DNA from: a virus | Taxonomy: Duplodnaviria > Caudoviricetes | Strand: one strand, 5' to 3' | DNA: 63,495 bases | IMG/VR virus record: IMGVR_UViG_3300049203_000046 | Coordinates: 1 to 63,495 of that record | Shown: positions 35,940-46,125 of the stretch, in pieces | Layout of the letters: each line of letters starts with the position of its first letter | How positions within the stretch are numbered: the stretch's first letter is position 1 | Notes under the pieces: generated by a model | Seen by the model: only the letters and a program-made list of their open reading frames with translations | Told to the model about the DNA's origin: nothing | The model's database searches: none | Position numbers and translations under genes: made by a program

Positions 35940-37718
35940 TCACATGTACACGGCTTGCAGCTGCCGCGCGAAGGACGACGGCAGTTGGCCAGGGAAGTAG
36001 CGACCGCCGCCGATCATCCACGGAGCTTGGCCGGCGTAGTAGGAGCCATAGCCACGGCCGCCAGTCTGCGTCGCCTCCTGCGCTGCCTTCTGCTCTGCGG
36101 CGATACGCTCACGCTCGCTGGCAATCAGGGCCGCGATGGCGTCGATCTCGTCGAGGGCCTGATAGGCTCCGTAGGAAGTCTGGCGTCCGGTCAGCTCATT
36201 GAGTTGCTGGGCCAGAGCGTCAAGCTGGCTGCCCGATGTGTAGCCGGTGGTCTTGGCGCTGGTCAGCAGAGCGCGGGCGGCATTCTCGATGCCGCCGCGT
36301 TCGGCCACGAGCTGCTTCATCTTCGTGTCGCCGGCAGCCAGGGCGTTCTCGACCTGCGTGCGGACGTCGTTGATGTCGTTGCCAGTGAAGCGGCCGAGCT
36401 GCGCGAGCAGGGCCTGAGCGTCGGAGATGCCGCTGCTGATGCCGCTCTCGTTGGTCAGGTCGAGGCCGTTGATCCGTGACGTGAGGTCGCCTGCCTTGGT
36501 GACGTAGCCGGCCAAGGCCGCTTCGCGCTGTGCCATCAGCTGCTGGAGGCGGCCCTCTGCGGTGGACAGGTCGGCGTTGGCCGCGCCGAAGTCGAACGGC
36601 AGGACAGAGCTGAAGCCCGATAGATCCATCTGGCCTTCGTCGATGGCGCTCTGGATCTGGTTGAGCGTGCCGAGGTTGTAGATGTCGGCATTGCCAAGCA
36701 TCGACTGAATGCTACCGATGCCCATCCGGGCCTGCTCCTTGGCCTGCTCGATGCGCGAGAGTTCCTGTTCCCGCTTGGCCATGAGACCACCGAGCTTGCC
36801 CTCAAGGCTGTCGAGCGGGCTGAGTTCCTGACTGAGGTCGTAATCGAGAAGCGAGGAGAAGCGGCCGGCTTCGAGCTGGCGAGCGTCAATCTCGTCCTGA
36901 AGGGCTTTCATGCCAGCTTCGTCGGCGATGGTCAGCGCGCCGAAGCGCGAGCTGAAGCCGTCGTAAGCGGAGTTCAGGCCCATCTCGTAGTTGCGGATGC
37001 GGTCTTCTTCTGCCTTGCGCTGCTGCATCAGCTGGTCGAGCTTTGAGTTCGCGCCCGTGATGCGGCTTTCCCAAGTCTGAGCAAGGGTCGGCTTGTAGTC
37101 GCTGAGGATCGCGGACGAGAAGCCCTTCACCTGCGCCAGCATCTCTGACAGGGAGCGCCGGCTCGTGTTGATGCCATCGAGATCGGCGATGGTCAGGCCG
37201 CCGAGGCCGCTGTCTACGCCTGAGTAGTAGGACTCAAGCTGCGAATTATAGTCGTCGATCCGCTTCTCTTCGGCGGTGCGGCGAGAGCGAAGATCTTCGA
37301 GCGCCGTGCGCGCGCTGCCGATCCCGGACTCCAGCTGAAGAGCGAGATTGTCGTTGCGGCTGTAGAGCTTCGGGATGCCGACTTCGACCGAGCCGTATGG
37401 GCTGGAGACCACAGACGACCAGCTCGGCATGTCGAGCGAGCCGACGCGCGATGCCTGGAGGTTGTTGAAGCGGCCCTGAAGATCGTTGATCTTTGTGTCC
37501 CAGGAGCCGAACAGCTCATCGTCTGTGAGCTTGAGACCCTTGAGGCCGGTCGACAACGTACCACCCAGCGAGTTGAGGTTCGCCAGACGGCTATTGTAGT
37601 TCTGGATGGCCGTGTTGTACTTCGCGGCCTGTTGCTGGCGACGGGCATACTCGGACTGAGCATAGGCCGCGCGTTCCTTGGTGTAATCAGGCTCTTTGGG
37701 CGGCGTCTTCGACCCCAT
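35940..37718 (-). CDS. Putative internal virion protein (592 aa)
   Basis: MGSKTPPKEPDY start typical of podovirus ejection proteins following a GNAT gene. Internal helical repeats. Confidence 0.7.
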   Translation of the reverse strand: MGSKTPPKEPDYTKERAAYAQSEYARRQQQAAKYNTAIQNYNSRLANLNSLGGTLSTGLKGLKLTDDELFGSWDTKINDLQGRFNNLQASRVGSLDMPSWSSVVSSPYGSVEVGIPKLYSRNDNLALQLESGIGSARTALEDLRSRRTAEEKRIDDYNSQLESYYSGVDSGLGGLTIADLDGINTSRRSLSEMLAQVKGFSSAILSDYKPTLAQTWESRITGANSKLDQLMQQRKAEEDRIRNYEMGLNSAYDGFSSRFGALTIADEAGMKALQDEIDARQLEAGRFSSLLDYDLSQELSPLDSLEGKLGGLMAKREQELSRIEQAKEQARMGIGSIQSMLGNADIYNLGTLNQIQSAIDEGQMDLSGFSSVLPFDFGAANADLSTAEGRLQQLMAQREAALAGYVTKAGDLTSRINGLDLTNESGISSGISDAQALLAQLGRFTGNDINDVRTQVENALAAGDTKMKQLVAERGGIENAARALLTSAKTTGYTSGSQLDALAQQLNELTGRQTSYGAYQALDEIDAIAALIASERERIAAEQKAAQEATQTGGRGYGSYYAGQAPWMIGGGRYFPGQLPSSFARQLQAVYM

Positions 37719-38220
37719 CGTCGGCCTCCATCGGTTCGGTGTTGGCGGGATTATCGGCGGAGGGGGTCGCCTCGTCGTCCTTTTGTGGCGTTAGCCACGG
37801 GCATTCTTCCTTCACCATCCCGAGGACCACGACGTCTTCGCGATCCGGCCCAGCCTGGCGCATCAAGCCTTCACGCTTGAAGCCAATCCGCTCCGTGATC
37901 TCGATGGACCGCTTGTTCGAGATGTTGATGAAAGAGTTCAGACGCTTCAGACCCATGCCGTATGGAGGGTCATTGAAGATCATGCTGGCCACAGCTTTGA
38001 TTGTGGCGCGCGTGAACCACCTCGGCGAGGTGGACGCGCCCATGATCGAGGCCATGCGGTTCTCTGGGCCGCCTCGGTCATCGTAGACGCGAACAGCGCC
38101 GACCATTTGGCCATGATCGAAGAAGATGAACCCGCCTTCGCGCGGGTCCATTTCGATGTCGAGGATGTCGGCCATGTAGTGGGTGGCCAAGCCGCTTTCG
38201 TCCCACACCGCCTCGGTCAT
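37687..38220 (-). CDS. GNAT-fold acetyltransferase-like virion assembly protein
   Basis: SNKRSIEITERIGFKREGLMRQ. Confidence 0.75.
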   Translation of the reverse strand: MTEAVWDESGLATHYMADILDIEMDPREGGFIFFDHGQMVGAVRVYDDRGGPENRMASIMGASTSPRWFTRATIKAVASMIFNDPPYGMGLKRLNSFINISNKRSIEITERIGFKREGLMRQAGPDREDVVVLGMVKEECPWLTPQKDDEATPSADNPANTEPMEADDGVEDAAQRA

Positions 38221-39746
38221 TAGTTGAGCCTCTCGAAGGCCACGGTCAGCCACATGTCGGTGCCCGAGCTGTTGGAGGAGATGGTGACGTCGAGCGACTT
38301 GGAGGCGGCGAGTGCGTCGATGTCGATGACGGTGCCAAACTCCTGGTCGTTGGTGGAGCCGGACGCCGAGTAGACGGAGCCGACAGAGACGCCGTTGATG
38401 CCGAGCTGGATCGAGCAGGTGCCAGAGGTCAGGCGAACTGACAAGCCAGTGATGCGAATATGCTCCTTGAAGAGCCGGCGCATCACCTTGGTGCCGTCAG
38501 CCAGAGCGCCGCTGATCCTGTAGTCGAACGTGTCGTTGGTGCGGACCGTCGGGATCTGCGTCGGGTCGAGCTTGCCATCACCATCCAGCGTGGCCACACC
38601 GCCCGCGACGCCCTTTTCTGCGTCGAGGATGAGGGCCGAGAAGTCGATGGGCTGGTAGGAGTAGCCTGAGCCAGTCGAGTTGATGAAGACGGCATAGCCA
38701 GCATCAGTCGACTTGATGGTCGGCAGCGAGGTCTGCGGCTGCACAGAATACCATGCCGAGGCGTCGTAGACCTTGAGGTCTGCCGGCGTCTGCGAGGTGT
38801 CGAGCCAGAAGTCGCCTGAGACCGGGCCGCTCGGGGTGCTGCTGCCGACGGTGATCTTGGCCACCGTGGAAAGCTTTTCGACGAGGCCATCGATCTTGGC
38901 CTGAGGGATATCTTCGTCGCCGATGGCGACCTTGGCCACAGGGATGAGGCCCGTGGTCATGTCGGTGTAGACGCCTTCCAGCATCAGGCCGGGGACAACG
39001 GTCGCGCTGTTGACCGACATGAAGACGGTCGTGAAGACGTCGTTGGTGACGGCCGGGTCGAGCAGCGTGATCGACGAGGTGCCGGGGCTCAGGATGTAGT
39101 CAAGCGTCTCGGCCAGGAGGAGGCCGTTGAGGTAGACCTGAGCCTGATAGGTGCCGGCCGCCGGGAATGTGACGCCGAAGACCGACTGCGATGCTGCGGC
39201 CACGACTGTGTCCGTGCGCGCGAGCGTAATGCCGGCGTCGCCACGAACCTTGTAGATGATCAGCTTGTCGCTGAGCGAGGCCGGCGAGGTCAGAGTGACC
39301 GTGTCGGAAGTCGCGTTGTTCGTGTAGTCGGTGGTCGGCGTCAGCAGCAGACCTTCGTGTACGACGAAGAGTGTGTCGGTCGAGGAGTGGACGTAGTTGA
39401 AGACGGTCTGGCCAGCGGTTGCTGTATAGGTCTGCACGCCAGTGATGATCGGCAGCGGGACGTCGCCAACGTCACGGCCAGGAGAGCCGCGCAGGTCAGC
39501 AGCTGTGGCCAACACGTCCCAGGTTCCATCTTCGCCGACCTTCATCTGGAGGCCGTCGCCGTCGAACTTGAAGTCGACGCCGAGGTTCAGCTCGCCGTCG
39601 TCGTCGAAGAGATCCTGGAAAAGCTCTGCGTATGAGCGCCCGCCGCGCTCTGCCGCCACGATGTAGCGGATGATGCTCTCGAACTCCGAATTAATCGCAG
39701 CGACCGAGCCGTAATTGTTCGGGTTAAACTGGCGTAGGCGGCCCAT
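38220..39746 (-). CDS. Tail/tail-fibre adaptor protein
   Basis: Repeated ATAGQTVF..VYLNG..DY beta modules and GVATLDGDGK. Confidence 0.7.
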   Translation of the reverse strand: MGRLRQFNPNNYGSVAAINSEFESIIRYIVAAERGGRSYAELFQDLFDDDGELNLGVDFKFDGDGLQMKVGEDGTWDVLATAADLRGSPGRDVGDVPLPIITGVQTYTATAGQTVFNYVHSSTDTLFVVHEGLLLTPTTDYTNNATSDTVTLTSPASLSDKLIIYKVRGDAGITLARTDTVVAAASQSVFGVTFPAAGTYQAQVYLNGLLLAETLDYILSPGTSSITLLDPAVTNDVFTTVFMSVNSATVVPGLMLEGVYTDMTTGLIPVAKVAIGDEDIPQAKIDGLVEKLSTVAKITVGSSTPSGPVSGDFWLDTSQTPADLKVYDASAWYSVQPQTSLPTIKSTDAGYAVFINSTGSGYSYQPIDFSALILDAEKGVAGGVATLDGDGKLDPTQIPTVRTNDTFDYRISGALADGTKVMRRLFKEHIRITGLSVRLTSGTCSIQLGINGVSVGSVYSASGSTNDQEFGTVIDIDALAASKSLDVTISSNSSGTDMWLTVAFERLN

Positions 39747-39748
39747 GG

Positions 39749-41263
39749 TCAGTTGCTCCTAACTAGCAGTGCGAAGGCAGCCACACGGAAATGGCCCTTG
39801 CCTTTCGCCCTAATGCGAACACGGCACGAGGTCGTCCGTATATTGAGGGGGAGGAAGCGCGCCTCGGTCAGGGGGAAGCCGAGCGGCCCGCTTGAGACCG
39901 AGTTGACGTCTGCCTCGTAATTCTTCTGGTAGAGGACGCGGTCGTCCTTGCCGTTGAGGATCTCGATGCTGACGACCGACTTGCCGGACGCCGAGATCAG
40001 CATGCCGGTGATATCCTTGTCGGTCGTGAACGAGCCGAGATACAGGATCGGCGTCTCGAAGATCAGCTCCGGGTTCACTTCGCGGCCATCTTCCTCGACG
40101 AGGCCAACCTGATAGAGACCATCGTTTGAGCCGAGGACGAGAGAGCCTTCAAAGAAGTCGCCGCACAGGTGGTTGAGGTTCTCTTCCGAGAGCGACCATT
40201 TCGGGCTGGGGTCCGTGATATCAGGGCTGTCCAGCGTCATGGTCAGGCGCGACGATAGGTCTTTCGTCTGCGGGAAGAAGATGTGGTACTGGTTGTTGTC
40301 CTGATCCCACACGGCGCTGATCTGGCGGACGTCGGGGACGGAACGCAGCAGGCGGCGGTAGAGCATGTTGATCGCGCCGCTGAGCCGGAACGAGGCGACG
40401 TTGCCGCCGGCCTCCGTCGAGCGGGCGACGCCATAGACGCCGTTGCGCGAGCAGTAGAGGATCGCCGGGCCAGCCTTCTGGATCGTCTTGTGCGAGATGC
40501 AGCCGTTGGTGATCGAGGTGCGATCTTCGATGGCCCAATTATCGATGTCCGTGGCCACGCGATACATGATGCCACGGGAGGCCGTGAAGATGATCAGCTT
40601 GTTGGTCTCGAACTCGGCAAGGCCAGTGAGGGTCTGCCGCTCACCGATGACCGACCAGATGTCGATCTTGCCGGCGCGATTGACGCTCTCTTCCTCGTCG
40701 TCCTCGTTCTCGCTGAATTTGGAGAGGTCGTTGACCCGGCTGACCTCGATGACGCCAGGCGCGATGGCCATGCCACCGATCACGAAGCGCGACTGCACGG
40801 TGCAGCCAAAGGCCGGTCGCAGCTCGTTGAGCGGGTGGTTCGGTTCGAGGAGCTGGAATGATGCGCCGGAGTACGTCCAGACCGGCTCATTCTGTGCCAT
40901 GAAGACGAGCGTGCCATTGAAGGACGCGATCACGGGGACCGAATAGACGTTCCAGCCAAGCTCCTGGGTGCGGCCCTTGCTCGACTTGGCGGTGTAGGTC
41001 GTGGCATTGCGCTCGACCCATGTCAGGTCGAAGAGATTGAGATGGCGGGCGAGGACGACGTTAGTGGCCGACTGAACGCGATCCATGCCGGGGTCGCGGA
41101 TGATTTGGCCAACCTCGTCGACGAAGCCGTTGGTCAGACGTGCCAGCGGTTGGCGGGAGCCAACATCCTGAGTGGAGCTGTCGCGAAGGGTCTCAAGGCC
41201 GATGAACTTTTCGTAGACCTTCGGGACTTCTTTGACTGCGCGCGGAGAATTGGTGGAGGACAT
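39749..41263 (-). CDS. Tail tubular/stabilisation (nozzle) protein
   Basis: Size, beta-rich sequence and position after the head-tail adaptor. Confidence 0.6.
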   Translation of the reverse strand: MSSTNSPRAVKEVPKVYEKFIGLETLRDSSTQDVGSRQPLARLTNGFVDEVGQIIRDPGMDRVQSATNVVLARHLNLFDLTWVERNATTYTAKSSKGRTQELGWNVYSVPVIASFNGTLVFMAQNEPVWTYSGASFQLLEPNHPLNELRPAFGCTVQSRFVIGGMAIAPGVIEVSRVNDLSKFSENEDDEEESVNRAGKIDIWSVIGERQTLTGLAEFETNKLIIFTASRGIMYRVATDIDNWAIEDRTSITNGCISHKTIQKAGPAILYCSRNGVYGVARSTEAGGNVASFRLSGAINMLYRRLLRSVPDVRQISAVWDQDNNQYHIFFPQTKDLSSRLTMTLDSPDITDPSPKWSLSEENLNHLCGDFFEGSLVLGSNDGLYQVGLVEEDGREVNPELIFETPILYLGSFTTDKDITGMLISASGKSVVSIEILNGKDDRVLYQKNYEADVNSVSSGPLGFPLTEARFLPLNIRTTSCRVRIRAKGKGHFRVAAFALLVRSN

Positions 41264-41703
41264 TATTCCTCCACATCAGAGCCGTTGGTCGGATTGAACG
41301 GCCCGGTGTCGACCGGCCGGATCTGGATCTTGGTGTTGCCGTTCAGCTCGAACCAAAGCTGCTGGTTCATGGTCTTCAGATACATCGCGTTCAGCATGCC
41401 GGCCTTCTGGCTGACCTGCTGCGCGGCGTAGAGCGCGGCAATGCCCGCGATCATGATCATGTCGCTGATCTCGCGGACGTCTTCGGGGCTGGTGTAGAAT
41501 TTGATCGGGGTCTTGCCCGTGCGGTACGGGTGGCTGTTTACTTCCATGACCACGTTGTTGGCCATCATCAGCAGCATCATGGCCAGGCTACCGTCGGCCA
41601 TGTCGTAGTTGTTGTCGCCCATCAAAACGAGGGCCTTCGACATGCACTCGCTGAGCGGAGCATAGCCAGACCCCCGGTCGAGATGGGCGGAAACAGTCGT
41701 CAT
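41263..41703 (-). CDS. Putative head-tail adaptor
   Basis: Position and size. Translationally coupled. Confidence 0.55.
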   Translation of the reverse strand: MTTVSAHLDRGSGYAPLSECMSKALVLMGDNNYDMADGSLAMMLLMMANNVVMEVNSHPYRTGKTPIKFYTSPEDVREISDMIMIAGIAALYAAQQVSQKAGMLNAMYLKTMNQQLWFELNGNTKIQIRPVDTGPFNPTNGSDVEE

Positions 41704-42128
41704 TATGCCGGCACCTTGCGGATGCGGCCGGTGATCACATGGTGATGGCGGTCGGCGCGATCTTCGTCAGCTGCCGGAACATGCCATTCGTAGTGGCCGG
41801 GCTCGTTCGGGTTGCGCACAGGGCGGATGCCGATGAAGCGGAACGAAGAGAACTCCTCGCCGCGCGAGCGATAGACGACGACAGCGTCGACAGCCTTGGC
41901 TTCTTCCTTCTTGGCCTTCTGCTTCGGCTTGTCAGCCTTGGGCTTGTCGGCCTTTGCTTCGGGGACCACTGGCGCAGCAGGCTCGACGGGCGCAGCCGGC
42001 TGGTCGTCCTTGGCCGCTTCTTCGACCTTGGCTGCCAGATCCTCGACGACGTCCTGAACGTTCTCGACAATTTCGCTGACGGCCGCGAGATCCTTGGCCA
42101 CTTCAATCAATTCGCTATTGGGGTCCAT
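41703..42128 (-). CDS. Hypothetical virion-associated protein
   Basis: Follows the MCP, GAGGA SD, A/P/K linker. Confidence 0.7.
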   Translation of the reverse strand: MDPNSELIEVAKDLAAVSEIVENVQDVVEDLAAKVEEAAKDDQPAAPVEPAAPVVPEAKADKPKADKPKQKAKKEEAKAVDAVVVYRSRGEEFSSFRFIGIRPVRNPNEPGHYEWHVPAADEDRADRHHHVITGRIRKVPA

Positions 42129-42155
42129 TGAGGGCTTCCTCGCGTTGGAGATGGA

Positions 42156-42177
42156 GATGGGGGCCGAAGCCCCCATC
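42156..42177 (-). terminator. UUCG stem-loop after major capsid gene
   Basis: GATGGGGGC-TTCG-GCCCCCATC on the minus strand. Confidence 0.65.
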
Positions 42178-42187
42178 AGCTCGCCCA

Positions 42188-43363
42188 TTAGGCGGAGCGA
42201 GTGGTCCAACCCTTGATCAGGGTGTGGGTCTTGTCCTGGAGAAGCTCCAGACCGCACTCGGTGAGGAACTCGTGCAGACGACGGTCTTCGCCGTTGTTCT
42301 GACGGTCCTTCAGCAGCTGCGTGTCGCGGTTCTGCATGTACCGATACTTCAGATCCTTGGCGTCAAGGATGAGCATCGACTCCTTCATGCCCGGAACCTG
42401 ACGGAACATCGGGTGGAGGTAGACAAGCAGATCGCCGGCCGGCGTCTTGTAGCGGGAGAAGTTGATGCCGTAGGCGTCAGTCACCTGCTGAAGCTGCCAG
42501 CGGTCCTTGGCGAACCAGCTGAGGTGGTGCGCGACGGTCGTTCCGATGAACGCCATCTTTTCCTTGGAGCCCCAAGCGAAGATGTCGTTGATCAGGAAGG
42601 CGTCGAACTCTTCCTCGGTCATGCGGTTTGCGGTCGCGGTGTCGGTCGCGCAATCGATGACGTTGGAGATCGAGTTGATCAGACCACCAGTGTAGCGGGT
42701 CGGCGTTGCCGTCGAGCCGTTGACGATGTGGCGGCGGCCAAAGAACATGGCGCGCTCGATGTCGGCCATGTGCAGCTTGAGCGCCTTCACACGGGACTCG
42801 TCTTCCTTCGGGCCAGTGCGCAGATTGGTGTTCGCCAGGGTTCCCGTGACAGAGAACGACTTGCGGAAGATCTGCGTGTAGTTGTACGCGAGCGTCGCGT
42901 CGAAGGAGACGGGCGTCGGAGTGTCATCACCTTCCGATGCCGCATAGCCGGCGATAAAAAGCTCGGCATTGTCGGCAATCTGGAACGTGGTGCCGCCGAT
43001 GTTGCGGGTGACGGTGAGCGAGGTCGCCGTGCAGTCCGCAGTCGCGTGCATCACTTCGCCGGTCGTGGCGTTCACGAGGATGGTGCCGGCGACGATAAAC
43101 TGGTTGTCGTCGTTGGCGTCCAGCGTGATGGCACCAGTCGTGGTGTCAGCGATTGCGCCGTTGACCGTCACGACCTGATCGGGCAGCTCGTCACGGAAGT
43201 TGTTGAACTTCGGGTCGTCGGTAGCTTCCGACGCCATCATTGCCAGCAGGGCCTGAAGCGGCGCATCGCCGTTGGGCTCAAGCATGGTGTAAAGTTCGCG
43301 GTAATTGGTCGGGCGGAAGTCCGTGGAAAACGTGCCCGTGCCGCGAACGCCGAGAATAGCCAT
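42188..43363 (-). CDS. Major capsid protein (SU10/DUF5309-like)
   Basis: NYTQIFRKSFSVTGT..DIERAMFFG..RYTGG..ECGLEL. AGGAGG SD. Follows the scaffold. Confidence 0.85.
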   Translation of the reverse strand: MAILGVRGTGTFSTDFRPTNYRELYTMLEPNGDAPLQALLAMMASEATDDPKFNNFRDELPDQVVTVNGAIADTTTGAITLDANDDNQFIVAGTILVNATTGEVMHATADCTATSLTVTRNIGGTTFQIADNAELFIAGYAASEGDDTPTPVSFDATLAYNYTQIFRKSFSVTGTLANTNLRTGPKEDESRVKALKLHMADIERAMFFGRRHIVNGSTATPTRYTGGLINSISNVIDCATDTATANRMTEEEFDAFLINDIFAWGSKEKMAFIGTTVAHHLSWFAKDRWQLQQVTDAYGINFSRYKTPAGDLLVYLHPMFRQVPGMKESMLILDAKDLKYRYMQNRDTQLLKDRQNNGEDRRLHEFLTECGLELLQDKTHTLIKGWTTRSA

Positions 43364-43549
43364 AGTGGCCTCCTGTTTGTTCAGTGACTGTTTGGCTCCG
43401 CTTCTCCACCCGTCTCGGATCAACCTTCGAGGTCAGGCAGCATTCGGAAATTCAGAGGGCCGTGGCGCTCATGGCGGCAAACTAATGTTTGTCGAAAACT
43501 TTTTCGTCCGGTAATCTTCAGGATTATATTTTGTGCTCTCGGGGGACAC

Positions 43550-43780
43550 ATGCTCGTTCGTCAGGAAGGCATGCTTCGCATCGTCTGTGATGAGTGCGAG
43601 GCTGAGACATGGCCGTTCGAGGAGGCCGAATATGACGAGCTTATGCGGCACACAAAAGCCGCCGGCTTCTCGATGAAGGGGCGGCTCGAAAAGGGATCGC
43701 CAAACTGCGTTTGGGAAAATCTCTGCCCCGATTGCCAGGGCAGAGAGGATCGTTGGAGCGCCTTCCTGAAGAGGCGTTAG
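43550..43780 (+). CDS. Small zinc-finger protein, antisense between scaffold and MCP
   Basis: CDEC..CPDC and GGGGGA SD. Confidence 0.55.
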   Translation: MLVRQEGMLRIVCDECEAETWPFEEAEYDELMRHTKAAGFSMKGRLEKGSPNCVWENLCPDCQGREDRWSAFLKRR

Positions 43781-44757
43781 AGCTGCCGCTGACTGATCGT
43801 GCGGTCGGCGAACTCGGCGAAGTCCTTCTGCTCCGGCGACATCTGAGAGCCGCCGCCCATCGGGGCTTGGCCAGCCGTCGAGGTATAGGCGGTACGGCGC
43901 GAATGGATCTGCCGCATCCGCTCCATCTCTGGCGACTGCATGTTGTTGGCGAAGTCCTGCATGACCATGTAGGTCAGCTGCGGATCGACGAAGTCCTCGA
44001 AGCTGTAGCCGCGCTGCTGGGCGAACATCATGAAGTCGTTCGCGCTCTCGTCGGGCAGCTTGAGGGCGGCCTGCGCGCGGTCGAGATTGTTGCCGATGGT
44101 CGCCTGAATGCTCTGGCCCTGCTGCTGGCGGGACTGCTGCTGAGCGGTGCGGGCTGCGTCGACATGGCCGGCGCTCGCCCCCATGACCTGCTGCATCATG
44201 GCCATCATCTGGTGCATCCCCTCGGCCATCTGGCGCATATTGAGGTGCATGTCGCGATAGCCGGGCGGTAGCGTCGAGGCGTTCTCGGTCTCCCAACGGG
44301 AGAAGTCGTCGTCGCTCACGGGCGTGGCGCGCTCCTGTCGCTTGCCTGGCTTCGACGTGCCGTCGCCATCCGGGTCGTTGATGCCGCCCTTACCGAACTG
44401 CGTCTGACCGCCGCCGCCTGCTGCGAGCTGCTGGAGCGTCTGAGCCAGCTCGGCCGGCGACATGTTCGGGTTTGACTGCAGGAAGTTCTCGATCACGTCC
44501 GTGACCGGCTTCAGGGTGGCGTGCTTGTGGTTGAGCTTGGAGTAGCGTTCGGCCATGCCGAGGATCTGCTCCTTGCTCATGGCGCGCTTCTGGCCATTGG
44601 GCAGGTCGAACTCGAAAATTGGCGACGCGCTCATCTCCTTGGCTTCGGAGGATGGCGCGCCCTTCTCCTGAGCGTTACCTTCAGGAGTGGACTTTTCATT
44701 GGCCTGCGGGCCATCAATCGCGGCGATTGCGCGGCGGGCGGTTTCATCGAGAGGCAT
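43777..44757 (-). CDS. Capsid scaffolding protein
   Basis: Q/M-rich helical protein upstream of the MCP. Confidence 0.65.
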   Translation of the reverse strand: MPLDETARRAIAAIDGPQANEKSTPEGNAQEKGAPSSEAKEMSASPIFEFDLPNGQKRAMSKEQILGMAERYSKLNHKHATLKPVTDVIENFLQSNPNMSPAELAQTLQQLAAGGGGQTQFGKGGINDPDGDGTSKPGKRQERATPVSDDDFSRWETENASTLPPGYRDMHLNMRQMAEGMHQMMAMMQQVMGASAGHVDAARTAQQQSRQQQGQSIQATIGNNLDRAQAALKLPDESANDFMMFAQQRGYSFEDFVDPQLTYMVMQDFANNMQSPEMERMRQIHSRRTAYTSTAGQAPMGGGSQMSPEQKDFAEFADRTISQRQL

Positions 44758-45061
44758 CGGTCTCTTCCTTCGCGGGTTTCATCGTGTCGGCGATCCTGAG
44801 CTGAAGCTCCAGGTCTTTCTTGATCATGCCCGGCAGCCCGGTCATGAGATCGATTGCGCGAAGAGTGGCGCGGTAGAAGTCCAGCTCTTCGCGGGTGGTG
44901 GTGGGGGATGATGTGAGGGCTCGGGTTGCGATCTCTCGCTCTTTGGCCATGGTCTCGGCGAGCACGGCCCAGCCACGACTCTCGCCGAGCTTGGCCAGCT
45001 CTTCGATGTCCCGCCGGATCTCGGTGGCGGGACGGACTCCCATCAGCTCAGAGAGCGCATC
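44744..45061 (-). CDS. Hypothetical protein
   Basis: Coupled ORF with SRGWAVL motif. Typical pre-scaffold gene. Confidence 0.65.
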   Translation of the reverse strand, partial: DALSELMGVRPATEIRRDIEELAKLGESRGWAVLAETMAKEREIATRALTSSPTTTREELDFYRATLRAIDLMTGLPGMIKKDLELQLRIADTMKPAKEETDASR

Positions 45062-45063
45062 CA

Positions 45064-46053
45064 TTACTTGATCCTGAAGATGAGCTTGAGGATGCGGATG
45101 AAGATGTTGGTGGCCGCGCCGACGGCTGCATCTTCAGCGGCGTCCTTCACTTCTTCGACGGCATCCTTGATCGGCCGGGTGACAGAATTTGTCACCTTCG
45201 GCAGCGGCACGTCGAGTGGCTGCCCCTTGGCCAACGGGTTGTCGCCGTCGACGAGGAAGTCGATGGCCTCGTCCATTGTGCCCTGGTTCTTCCCATTCCT
45301 CTTCATGATTTCCTCCGCGTCGTGCTGGACGAGGCGGCGGTGCAGCGTGTCACGCGTCACTTTGCCGATGAGCCCGTCGACTTCGATGTGGTTGTCGGTC
45401 TGGAAGTGCATGATGCCCTGCTTGGTGGCCTCATAGCTGAGGATGACGAGTGCGGCGCGGGATGTGGCTTCGAGGCGCTTGTCGTAGTGGGTCAGGCCAC
45501 CATTGATGATCCGGGTGATCATCTCGTCGTTGTTCTGCTGGGCATAATTGTTGAGGGTCTTGCCGGTGCGGTTGCCCTCGGACCAGAAGAAGACCGCCGA
45601 GAAGAAGGCCCACGGGAACTCGCAGAGCTTGGCCGGCTCCTTCACGAAGTCGGGGATCGGCGTTTTGACGATGCCGGATAGCGTCCGCTTGGCCCATTTG
45701 GTGAATGCGGCGTGGTTCGACTTGCCTGTCGTCTGGATGAGGCCATGGCCTTTGTAGAGCGGGCCGTCGCCGTCCTTGGCTGCGGTGTTGCCGAGATCCG
45801 TGCGGGACTCGTAGGCTTTGCCGCTGGCGTATTCCTGGGTGGTCTTGAAGTAGTCGCTCTCGACGGAGATCTGGCCAATGAAGCGGGCGAGGTTGACGCC
45901 CTGATCAAGGCCGAAGGTCGGGCCGAACGCATTGAGGTACTCGGCCGTGTTCTTCATGATCGAGTCCTGGCGCGCACGCATGGCGCTGCCGGGCTTCGTC
46001 ATGGCCGCAGGACCAACGATGGCGACGAGGTGAGCGGGGGTAATCTCAAACAT
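45064..46053 (-). CDS. GH19 endolysin with peptidoglycan-binding domain
   Basis: FIGQ..VES..EY, YKGHGLIQTTG..N, TRIINGG. FQ..IEVDGLIGKVT PG-binding motif. Confidence 0.88.
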   Translation of the reverse strand: MFEITPAHLVAIVGPAAMTKPGSAMRARQDSIMKNTAEYLNAFGPTFGLDQGVNLARFIGQISVESDYFKTTQEYASGKAYESRTDLGNTAAKDGDGPLYKGHGLIQTTGKSNHAAFTKWAKRTLSGIVKTPIPDFVKEPAKLCEFPWAFFSAVFFWSEGNRTGKTLNNYAQQNNDEMITRIINGGLTHYDKRLEATSRAALVILSYEATKQGIMHFQTDNHIEVDGLIGKVTRDTLHRRLVQHDAEEIMKRNGKNQGTMDEAIDFLVDGDNPLAKGQPLDVPLPKVTNSVTRPIKDAVEEVKDAAEDAAVGAATNIFIRILKLIFRIK

Positions 46054-46125
46054 TTCTGTTCCTCGGGATGACAGTTGACCGAGGGAACATGCGCCAGTGT
46101 CTGAAGCTGGTCGTCCGGTTAACGA

